Part shown: positions 9,495 to 18,633 of the stretch, piece by piece
Layout: every line of letters begins with the position of its first letter
Numbering within the stretch: position 1 is the stretch's first letter
Assembly (NCBI GenBank): GCA_002269645.1
Contig: NIVC01001158.1
Location: 28,814 to 92,813 of the forward strand
Source: Macrostomum lignano
Lineage: Eukaryota
Direction of reading: 5' to 3'
DNA: 64,000 nucleotides
The notes under the pieces: model-generated
The model's input: the letters and a program-made list of their open reading frames with translations, nothing else
Databases searched by the model: none
What the model was told of the DNA's origin: nothing
Program-made: the position numbers and the translations under genes

Positions 9495-12096
9495 CCTTCA
9501 CGTGAACAAGCGGGTCCTGTTGGGCAATTTCAAGGCAGTTGAAGCTTCGCGAGGGAGGATCCGTTTGCTGCGCAATTGGCTCAATCAGGACCCAAAGTTT
9601 AATTGGCGCTACACGATCGAATTCACGCCTGAACTGTGGCGCAGGATGTTTGCCGCCCGTTTGGACAAGCTCTTCAAGCCGGCACCTGAGGCACCCCCTC
9701 CAGCCAAGCGAGTCAAGACAGACACGCCTCCGGTAGCCAGGACTGAGGAGGATGTTCTTCAGCTTGTGGGTCTCAAACCCTACCAATCTCCGCCCTGGGA
9801 AAATCTGTATAACGAGGGTTGGGACTGCTAGTTTCCTATTGGTTCGCACCGCCTCACTCGATCCGTCTATATAATTAGTGTTTCCTCTCTGGAGAGTCGA
9901 ACCTATCCTAGCTCTAATACTTTACTCTCTGTTGATTCCAACATGGCCCGCCGAGCTCTATCCAACCTCTGGGATAATAATCGCCCGACTGAAGAGTTAA
10001 CCAGCCTCGAGGGTGATATCCCTGAACACATAGTTCCCCTAGGCACTGAAAACAACGGAACCGATAATTGGGAGGCTGATCAATATCTAGCTTGGGCCAT
10101 GTCCTATGATAGCGACACCGAATCTGAAGTTTTTGACCTCCCGCTGCTGGCTATCGGCGGGGTTGTGAACGGCGCCCCTGCTGCTGCTGCCGCCTCTGTC
10201 TCTACTGCGCCCGTCTCTGCCGCTGCCGCCTCTGCTTCAACTACCTCCCACCGGGCCTCAATATCATCAGCCTCTACGCTCCTTCTCTTCGACGATGAGG
10301 ACGAGGATATGTCTGAGGAGATCGCCGTGGTTCGTGAGCGCTTTCCCCGCATTGTGGCCTCATTTTTCCGCGGGGACATTGACTGGTTGAGGTCTCGCCA
10401 CCCTGGCGGCCTGCCCTCCCAAGCCACCTTTGTCAGAGCCTTTAATCGGGTTCTTGATACTTTGGTGGCCCGAGGGGCTGATCTGCGGGAGGTGCTGGAG
10501 GCGGAGACGCTACACCAGGATTGGCTAATAGGGCGTAATTCGTATGCCCCCGACTCGGAGGCGTACCTGGCCGGTCCGGGAGCGCGCCCGACTGCGTGGG
10601 ATGAGCCTGCAGTCTGCTATCCGGTCCGGATAGCTACTGCTATCCGGTCTACCAACTGGGAGGAGCACCTTTCGTTGGTGCGCTATACAGCGTCTCTACG
10701 CCTGTGGCGGCTGGAGGAGGATTTAGGTTTGGTTAGATATTACACTGTATACACAACTCATCTAATCATATACCTTGCCTATATTCTATCTACATTGACT
10801 GTTATAATTTCCACATTGCCAGTCATCCGACTACTGCTTCGAGAGCGTGGAGGAAGAGGCCGCGTACGAGACAGCCCTGAGGGAGCGTATGGAGATTGAC
10901 TGATAAGGTATTTCTCTTTGTACGCGGTTTGGGGAACCCAACACTGTACACTGGGTAGGTTAGAATGGGACGCTAGCTGGGGGGCCTCTATGTGTGTATA
11001 CACGGGGGTTAAAAGACCAATTCTGATAGCTCGCACCTAGGGAGGAAATTGGCAGAGGGGCCGGCCCAAAAAACTGTAATGGGCTGGCCCCGGGCTCGAG
11101 TCCACCCACCTAAAATATGGAGGGTCTTACAACCTAATGACTTGAAATATTTTCAACGCAATTGTACCCATAAGAGGGTTAGGGCGGCGAAAACGGGCGG
11201 CTAAAACCTCCCTTTTGGGATTTCCCCGAACCGCTTTTGTTTAATATTTATGCACCTGCGGGTTAGACAATATTTACTCTTTAGTCGGTGTGACATTATT
11301 TACGCGTCTGTTGAAATTGCACCTGGGCGTTTGCCTATAATCTGATTATACATGCGCGCCTGTATTATACAACTACACCTTCTGATATATGCATGCCTTG
11401 TAAACCCGCTTTATACATTAATCCGATATGTATCGAAAGTACACTTTGTAAACCTACTTTATACTGTGTGTATTACCACCTATGTAGTGCTTAGAGTACC
11501 TGCTTTGTCTATTTCTGTCAAATATGCACCTACATTGTGTGTTTTTGCTGCTCATATGCTCCAATATGTACATTTTAATATGTAATATGCGTCATTATTC
11601 ACCTACCAATATGTTTTATCTACATTTTTATGTAAATATACTCAATTTCACCTACTATAAGTAGTTTTCACTAGCCTAATATCGTTGACTACATATCTGT
11701 GTATGCATACATATCGGGAGAGTGTACTGTGGAGAGTGTACATATCGGGAGAGTGTACTGGGGAGAGTGTACTGGGGAGAGTGTACCTTTGGCTCGGGAG
11801 AGTGTACACTCGGGGCGCCTGCGGCATGGGCGTCTGCGGCTCAGGAGGGTGCGCCTGCGGCTCGGGAGGGTGTACATATCGGGGTACATGTCGGTAGGGT
11901 GAGCATACATATCGGTACATATCGGTAGGTGCGCCTGCGGCGCTTGGCGCCACGCGCCTGCGGCGCGCGCGCGCCGAGCGCCGATATCGATACGGGTATC
12001 TATCACCTAGTGATCGGGGCGCCAGCCAATGAGAGGCGAGGAGGGTTGACACCCACCCCACCTCCAAAATCGACGGATCTACCGTTGCTTAGTAGT
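9494..12096 (-). repeat. Right inverted arm of the inner element (2603 bp)
   Basis: Reverse complement of 1567-4154; carries a 5'-truncated PC4-like ORF (9502-9831) and a full copy of the 318-aa ORF. Confidence 0.95.
9943..10899 (+). CDS. Second copy of the orphan 318-aa protein
   Basis: Identical translation to 2749-3705. Confidence 0.6.
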   Translation: MARRALSNLWDNNRPTEELTSLEGDIPEHIVPLGTENNGTDNWEADQYLAWAMSYDSDTESEVFDLPLLAIGGVVNGAPAAAAASVSTAPVSAAAASASTTSHRASISSASTLLLFDDEDEDMSEEIAVVRERFPRIVASFFRGDIDWLRSRHPGGLPSQATFVRAFNRVLDTLVARGADLREVLEAETLHQDWLIGRNSYAPDSEAYLAGPGARPTAWDEPAVCYPVRIATAIRSTNWEEHLSLVRYTASLRLWRLEEDLGLVRYYTVYTTHLIIYLAYILSTLTVIISTLPVIRLLLRERGGRGRVRDSPEGAYGD

Positions 12097-13147
12097 ATCG
12101 TCTTTATTTTATAGGAGAAATAGTAGACACCTTAAATTTAGATGATAACAAACATAGTCACTCAATGTTAAAAAGATTAGATCGTTTAGGTAAAAAATTG
12201 GATTATGATATTGATACTTTTAAACTCGCTGCAAAATATGCACAAGAAGGAAGACCCATTTCATTTAAGCACAACCGTAAAACCTATAGGCTAACAGATT
12301 CTGATGTAAAATTTTTAATGGAGAGTCACATAAAAAGGGATGGTGGATTACTACCCTTTCTACCAATCCTTTTAGGACTTGGGGCAGCAGGAGCAGCCGG
12401 TTTAGCAGGCAAAAGGATTCATGATAACCGAAAACAGTGAGCAAAATTAAAAGAAAAACAAGGGGGCATACTTCCACTTGCAACTTTGCTCCCAATAATT
12501 TTTGGAGGAATTGCCGCGGCTGAAGGAGTCGCTGGTGGAGCGGCTGGAGTTGCAAAAGCAGTAAATGACAAAAAAGCTGCGGATGAAAAAGCTAAACGAG
12601 ATGCAGAATTTCAAAGACAGCAAATAACGCAGGACGCACAATTCAAACAAAAACTTATAGACACAATTAATAGTAGTTCAGCAACACCAGAACAAAAAAA
12701 ATGCAGAAGCTAGGTTAGCAGCCGGAAAAGGTTTAATTTTAAAAGGAACAACTCACGGTGAGGGTTTAATCTTGCAAGGAATGACCCACGGAAGCGGAGT
12801 TGTCGCAGACAAATTTCATGAATTCGGTCAAACCTTGGAAAAACCGGCGAAGAAGCTAAAGGATTTTTCGACAATATCGGAGCTAATTTTAGACCTGCGG
12901 TTCAGAAAATTTTTAATAAATTAGGAAAAGATTTTAACATAATTAAAAAACATGACGGAAGCGGATTATATCTCGAAATGCGACCAAAAGCAGGTTCAGG
13001 AATCTTCTTAAATGCAAACGTTATGGGTAGTGGCTTACTGTTACCAAAAGCGGAACTCGAATAAGCTCCTGTGGGGAGGGTCAGGATGCCCAAAACATAA
13101 AATTAAAAAACCAATAATTCAAACATTGTATAAATTTTATTCTATAA

Positions 13148-14390
13148 AATGGAAATATTTTAGCTCAAATCGACAACCCAGAACTTAGAGCTCAATTAAT
13201 AGCTCAAATCAAAGCACAACGAATTGCCGATAGGGCGGAAATAGAAGCTAGAATTAGAGCAGAAAATGAAATCAATTTACAAACACAATTAGATATTATC
13301 GAACAAACAGCATCACCACCAGCGAATGGTGCTGAAATAATAAATATTAATATTGATATGAATACAGATTATAAAGAATATTTTAAACAAATGAAAGAAA
13401 AATTAAAGACCGTATTAGACGAATATACTATGAGACAAAATAACAAACGGCAGCCAGTTAGGTATAAAATTGAAATTGAAACAGAATTTAAAAAACCAAA
13501 TATGATAAATGCAATTTCAGAAATTGAAGTAATAAATACCTTTTCACAAGAATCATATAAGTCACTTTTATCAATGGGAACATATACCAAACAATTTGAT
13601 AATATCGAAGCAGAGTTTGATAAATGGATTGATAAGATGACAGAAAACGGATCAGGCTTCATTTTTGTTTCTTATAACTCAGCCACAGTAAAGATTGTTC
13701 CTATTGAAGTTCTTCGAGGACGATCACATATGGATCCAGGATTTACATCTCCCATGATCATAAATCCCAACAATGAAGATGATAAGTGTTTATTATGGTG
13801 TTTACTAATTCAAAAATATCACAAACAAGTAAAATGGCATGTAAATAAAATATATTATTAGAGATTATGTGGATGAAATAATAATGAAAGACATATCCTA
13901 CCCAGTATCCATAGATGATATATATAAGATTGAAAAAATGAATGGGTTAAATATTAATGTATTTTCAATTGAACAGCCAAACGATTGGGTTAAAGCACAC
14001 GATAAAGAATGATATAAAAAAAAGATGTTTTCTTATTAAGCCAGCAACTGATATAACAGCACCAGACCAAATCGATTTATTGTACATACAGCATGAAAAC
14101 AATACACATTATATATACATAAAAGATATTTGTTCCTTATTAAGAACAAATGGAAATAGAATGCCAATATGTAGAAATTGTTTCACATTTAAAAAGAATG
14201 AAAGTGCTCTTAAAAACCTAATTATTTACTAATGTTGTAATGCCCAATGAAAAAGAACAAATATTAAAGTTCCAACAACATTTTATGGCAATTAAAAAAC
14301 CAATTGTAATATATGCTGATTTTGAAGCATCAAACATACCCCTCAAATGTCCTAAACAACAAGATACGGCTGAATGTACAAAAAATTAGC
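13148..14390 (+). pseudogene. N-terminal part of the outer element's pPolB (terminal protein / OTU-like region to ExoI), frameshifted and truncated
   Basis: ENGSGFIF...LRGRSHM...IINPNNEDDKCLLWCLL...YPVSIDDIYKIEKMNGLNINVF...IDLLYIQHENNTHYIYIKD...CRNCF...KPIVIYADFE. The sequence breaks shortly after ExoI. Confidence 0.85.
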
Positions 14391-14948
14391 TCAACAGCTC
14401 AACAACAACGGGAACTATGTTTGTATTAAGGTAATTAATAAGAGCAGCGGTATCTGCGCCGGCTGCTGGTGCTATGGTAGGAAAATTTATTGCTCCACCA
14501 TCTCCCTTATCGGGCATCCATCCAACATTATCACCAACCTGTTTTGATAAATAAGTATAATTTAAATGTTTAAGAACTCCATTAATCTCTGCGGGGTTTG
14601 TTGATGTCTCAACCTCAGCTCCGTTAATTCTTAGTTGCGCTTGGGAAAAACATTTATAAAACCAATCTTTCTCGATAACAATACCAGAACGATCGGCTAT
14701 ATCGCCGGCCGCAAGAGCTGTTCCGTCATTTCGTGTATATAAGCATCTAACACGGAAAATGCGTTTAGTTGCATTAGTATCGTATTAGTTGCACCAACAT
14801 CAAAAGTTACCGTTCCGGTAGTAAAATTGTTTGAATTATCGCTTGTTGGTAGGGTATAATTTAAATCTTTTGCCCTGACCTCATTGATATATTGCCGTGG
14901 TTTTTTGAAATAATACTTATCACTCCATCTGTTTTTTGTTTCAGCCAT
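14388..14948 (-). pseudogene. N-terminal fragment of the Polinton major capsid protein (double jelly-roll)
   Basis: With one frameshift it reads MAETKNRW...TVTFDVGATN...YTRNDGTALAAGD...WFYKCFSQAQLRINGAEVETSTNPAEINGVLKHLNYTYLSKQVGDNVGWMPDKG, resembling Polinton MCP N-termini; the C-terminal part is missing. Confidence 0.7.
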
Positions 14949-14982
14949 TTTTTTAAGTTAAAAAAGTTTTTTATGTTAAAAA

Positions 14983-15660
14983 ATGAGTCAATTTATGGAT
15001 GTTGATGGTGAATTAGCGATTTATAAAGAGAAACAAAGATATTCTGATTTTGTTAGGGATTTACAAAAAAGAAAGTTAGGAATACAGTTAGCTGGTGAAA
15101 GATTTGCTGCTCCTTTTGTTAATCCTATTACGGGGAAAATTAGTGAATTAACAAAAACTGATAAAGAGCTTCTTGAAAAAATTGCTAAGAATACGGAGCC
15201 AAAAGAGGAAGATGTAATTGAGGATGAACCGCCCGCTTATGATGTTGATCAAGCACAATTGAGAGTTGCAGAGATTAGGGCTGCAGAACTGGGTGGTAGG
15301 GAACAATATCAGAGAGCTTCTCCACAAAGTATTAGCGTGACGGATTTAGATAATGATAATTATCGAATTGGTGGGGTTGATAAAAATCGGAATGAGCTAT
15401 ATAGAGAATTGGGTGAAGCATATAATATTATTATGAACCCTAGAGTAAAGTTTAATCCTGATTTATATACTGTGGATGAATTAGTAAGTGCTAAATTTTT
15501 TTATGATGAGTTAGGAGTAGGGGGTGTTAAAAACACTAGTTTGTATAAAAGGATTGATCAATCAATAAATAACAAACGAGCTGTTGGCGAAGGATTTAAA
15601 ACTCCACGAAAACTTGTTTTAGCCGCTGCCAAAGCTGCTGGACATACAGGAATTATTTAG
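14983..15660 (+). CDS. Polinton conserved protein, probably PZ-like, 225 aa
   Basis: FAAPFVNPITGKISEL near the N-terminus and GEGF...LVLAAAKAAGHTGII at the C-terminus resemble Polinton PZ-type proteins; assignment from memory. Confidence 0.45.
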   Translation: MSQFMDVDGELAIYKEKQRYSDFVRDLQKRKLGIQLAGERFAAPFVNPITGKISELTKTDKELLEKIAKNTEPKEEDVIEDEPPAYDVDQAQLRVAEIRAAELGGREQYQRASPQSISVTDLDNDNYRIGGVDKNRNELYRELGEAYNIIMNPRVKFNPDLYTVDELVSAKFFYDELGVGGVKNTSLYKRIDQSINNKRAVGEGFKTPRKLVLAAAKAAGHTGII

Positions 15661-15684
15661 ATGTTAAATTTATTTTTTCATAAA

Positions 15685-16316
15685 ATGGAAACTAAAAAGA
15701 TCTGTAGTAGATGTAAAGAAGAGAATTTTTTGCTTGAGTTTAGATATAGAATAACCCAGAATCGATATGAAGGTAATTGCAAAGAATGTGGGAAATTTTA
15801 TCAAAAAGAATATTTGCTATCCTCGATATTATGCTGAAAATAAAGAAAAAATTATAGAGAAAGTTAATATATGCACAAAACAATAAAGAAAAAGTTAATC
15901 AATATAGAAAAACAAGATATAGTGAAGATGAAAATTTCAAACTTATTGTAAACACGCGAACTAGAATAAATAAACTATTAAAATCAACTAATGGTCAAAA
16001 AGACAACCATACTATTTATTATCTTGGTTGCCCAATTGAATTCTTTAAAGATTGGTTAAATTTCACCAAACATTATTATTTGCCAAAAGATTATATTGGT
16101 GTTTTGCATGTGGATCATTTTATTCCTGCTTCATCTTTTGATTATCGCAATGAGGAACAAATTAAAAAGTCGGAACATTGGACAAATAAAAGATACCTAG
16201 CTGCTATGGATAATAAAACTAAATTTGTTAAAAAACCAACAATTAAAGAATTTGCAAAACAATTAGTGTTAACTTGTATTTTTAAGGCTATTAAAAATGA
16301 GCCAACTTTTGTTTGA
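15685..16316 (+). pseudogene. Free-standing HNH endonuclease with N-terminal zinc finger, frameshifted
   Basis: METKKICSRCKEE...CKEC; FKLIVNTRTRINKLLK...YLGCPIEFFKDWL; LHVDHFIPASSFD...EQIKKSEHWTN...DNKTK. This matches the HNH family common in large dsDNA viruses. Confidence 0.8.
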
Positions 16317-17040
16317 AGGTGGATTTTTAGATGTTCAAAAAGGACTAACAGGCTTACCACCAATCTTTACTACTGGAAAATATACTGGGGAACTACACCT
16401 ACCATCAATGAACTTCACAGGTTAACCCGTGGCCTGAGTGGTAGAAGCAAAGCTACTGCTAGTCACTATTTGTGGCGACACCTTCAAATTGCGTGAAACC
16501 CGTCATACAGCTTCAAGTACCACTTCAATTGAGAAATCTTTTGAAGGAACAGAGGTAACTCCTCTTCCCAAAGGTAACAAGCTTGAAGACATGGTGACAA
16601 TGCGCAGTCAAGCTCCTAAGTATAAAAGTATAAGGAGAAGGTTCAGAGAGCAGACGGAGGTGGGTGGTAATTTAACCGCTTAAGGTGTGCTCCAGCCTCT
16701 TTCGAAAGATTGAGGGCAAACTACCCGGGACTAGGCTGGATTTGAGATTAAATCCTGATGATACTCCAAAAGCTGATTCAATTCCCATCAATGGTATTGA
16801 TTGGTTAGCATATTATCATGACTTAGCATACAGAGATGCTGACAAGAATTCTCCTGAGGAAGCATAAGATTAAAGCATGAAGCCGATAGAAAAATGATTG
16901 AAGGATTAGATAATTTACAGGGATTATCGGTAAGCCAGAGATTAACTCGGTGGATGGTTAAAAAGATCTTGCAATCTAAAGTGAAATTTGGTTTGGGAAT
17001 TAATTACAATCAACATGAAAATAATTGTGTAGAGTGTTTG
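16297..17040 (+). pseudogene. Parvovirus-VP1-like phospholipase A2 (PLA2) gene, split by a group I intron
   Basis: After removing 16423-16723 it reads GELHLPSMNFTG|PGTRLDLRLNPDDTPKADSIPINGIDWLAYYHDLAY (Ca-loop GPG and catalytic HD), followed by ADRKMIEGLD...ILQSKVKFGLG. There are two frameshifts (~16345, ~16865). Confidence 0.85.
16423..16723 (+). ncRNA. Group I self-splicing intron, subgroup IC1, no internal ORF
   Basis: The 5' exon ends in U16422, paired to G16432 (P1: CAGGT/GCCTG). P10 pairs CCCGTG 16426-31 with exon CCCGGG. P2 and P2.1 are present. P3 is CACCTTC 16479-85 / GGAGGTG 16656-62; P4 is TGCGTG 16490-95 / TGCGCA 16601-06. P5abc has a GAAA loop and an A-rich bulge (GGTAACAAGC). 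The CCTAAG...TAAGG receptor is in P6. P7 is GAGCA 16648-52 / TGCTC 16688-92 with bulged A16647. P8 is present, and P9 has a GAAA loop. Confidence 0.92.
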
Positions 17041-17049
17041 TTATTAAGT

Positions 17050-17884
17050 GGTGGTGGGTTAAGTTCTGATGAGGCAAAGGTTCTTCACAAAGAATACCGA
17101 AAGCCTAAATTTTATAGAAAAATCATTAACTTCAAAAAGAATGAAATTTGATATGCTGATTTAATGTCAATGCCGAACGAAAGAGGATATAAATATATCT
17201 TAACCATACTGGATAGTTATATCTGGATATATCTTACTCGAAATGCGTGGCTGTTCCTTTGAAATCCAAAAAAGGAGAGGAGATTGCCGCTGCTTTTAAA
17301 AATCTTAGAGAAAAAAGTGATAGGTTGTGTGTTGATGAAGGAAAAGAATTTTACAATCATCATATGTATAAATTGTATCATTTTGAAAAAGGAAAAGAAA
17401 GGAAAAAAGACGCGAATGGTGAGTATATTAATAAAATTTATTCTATTTATGGAGAAAGCAAAAACGCACTGATTGAAAGAGTTAATCGAACTTTAGGTAA
17501 GAAATTGTGGTTTCAGTTTAGTATTAATGGTAACCAAAAGTGGGTAAAAATATTACCAGACGTTGTGAAAGATTATAATAATTCATATCATTCAGCTATA
17601 AAAATGACTCCTCAACAAGCTATAACACTCCTGAAAATGTTAAAGTCACTTTTGGAGAGTTTGAAAAAAAGAAAACTAAAGGTTTTAAAGTTGGTAATTC
17701 TGTTTATATTTATAAATGGAAAGATAAGTTTGAAAAGGGAAGAAAAGGATATTGGAAGATAAGTGAGAAATTTACCATCAGTAAAGTTTTAAATACAAAT
17801 CCTACAACCTATATCATTGCTGATAAAGATGGTGAAGAAATATTGGGTTCCTTTTATGAGAACCAGATAATATCTGCGAACTAA
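17050..17884 (+). pseudogene. Retroviral-type (rve, DDE) integrase of the outer element
   Basis: LHKEYRKPKFYRKII...(W>stop)YADL...GYKYILTILD...AWAVPLKSKKGEEI...VDEGKEFYN...LIERVNRTL...YNNSYHSAIKMTP...FKVG...PTTYIIADKDGEEILGSFYENQI; several lesions. Confidence 0.92.
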
Positions 17885-18092
17885 GTTCGTACAATTACTT
17901 AAGGCAACAGGGTAGTAAATTTTTTATAACAAAGAAAAACAATATTATTACTAATATAATTATTGGCCGGCACGTTTCCGATATAGGAATAATCATGAAA
18001 AGCATGCGTATCATTGATACGATTTACCTTCATTTTTTTAAATATATTTTTCACAATAAATGTAGTTTCTGTTACTGAGTAATAATTCATTT

Positions 18093-18407
18093 TTACATAA
18101 AAATTTCAATTTCATTCTCCGAGTCACTAGTTTCATATGAACTATTTGTTGACTCGGAATCAGTTGAACGAACCTCCCAATCGTCTGAATTTAAATAATC
18201 TCCAAGTTGAAATATTAACTCACCCGCTCGTTCTAGATCATACAAACCATCCAAATCTAACGGATAAAGTTTTAGATCTTTTTTGTCATCATATTTTAAA
18301 TATACTTCATCAATTATTCCATTCAAAATATGCTGTTTTATAATCTCTGAATTTTTAGCAACAGTCTTAAAAGTATCACTAACTGAAAAGGTGTAAACTC
18401 GGTTCAT
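18093..18407 (-). CDS. Hypothetical acidic protein next to the right TIR, 104 aa
   Basis: Intact ORF in an AT-rich element; no family recognised. Confidence 0.35.
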   Translation of the reverse strand: MNRVYTFSVSDTFKTVAKNSEIIKQHILNGIIDEVYLKYDDKKDLKLYPLDLDGLYDLERAGELIFQLGDYLNSDDWEVRSTDSESTNSSYETSDSENEIEIFM

Positions 18408-18422
18408 TTTCGTAACAGAAAA

Positions 18423-18506
18423 AGACCCTTTGCGCCTGCGGCGCTGGCGACGGGTTAGAGAGTGTTTGTGTGTGTTTGGATGTAGTAGTATGTAAAAGTA
18501 CGCTTC
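18423..18506 (-). repeat. Right terminal inverted repeat of the outer Polinton (may extend toward the gap)
   Basis: Reverse complement of 1-83. Confidence 0.9.
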
Positions 18507-18633
18507 TAGATCAGATCCTATTGAAACAATGGATTTGAAGGGCTAGAGGGGGGACATGGGGGTTTGATTTCTGATGTGTGGATTTGATTGGGTGTGTTAA
18601 TAGTGTTTTTGATTAAATGGGGTTATTGGGGTA

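Larger units (their letters stand above)
1567..12096. mobile_element. Inner GC-rich pPolB-encoding Polinton-like element with 2.6-kb inverted arms and 6-bp TSD
   Basis: ATCGTC lies at both 1561-1566 and 12097-12102. The ends are 5'-ACTACTAAGCAACGG...CCGTTGCTTAGTAGT-3'. Excision restores an outer-element reading frame. No capsid or integrase gene is present in this copy. Confidence 0.93.
1539..13063 (+). pseudogene. Adenovirus pX-like (GG[LIF]LP) core protein of the outer element, split by the inner insertion at codon 10
   Basis: Joining 1539-1566 to 12103 gives MGSVNDENRLYFIGEIVDTLNLDDNKHSHS, in frame with ORF 12165-12440 (DGGLLPFLPILLGLGAAGAAGLAG). After a TGA the same frame reads QGGILPLATLLPIIFGGIAAAEGVAGGAAGVAKAVND, then a frameshifted tail with GKGL/GEGL/GSGV/GSGL/GSGI motifs. 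Confidence 0.75.
1..18506. mobile_element. Outer decayed Polinton/Maverick (adintovirus-like) element, AT-rich; left end lies outside the window
   Basis: Bases 1-83 are the reverse complement of 18423-18506 (2 differences). The interior has recognisable remnants of pPolB, double-jelly-roll MCP, PLA2, rve integrase, GG-LP core proteins and HNH. There are many frameshifts and nonsense codons; no packaging ATPase, penton or protease was recognised. Confidence 0.9.

Noticed and set aside
1567-12096. Inverted arms as a fold-back read or assembly artefact
   Set aside because: The two flanks are distinct, share a TSD and rebuild an ORF, and the arms differ by several substitutions and indels. Read confirmation is still advisable.
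16438-16683. 81-aa ORF inside the group I intron as a homing endonuclease
   Set aside because: No LAGLIDADG, His-Cys, GIY-YIG or HNH motif, and it overlaps the ribozyme core; an incidental ORF.
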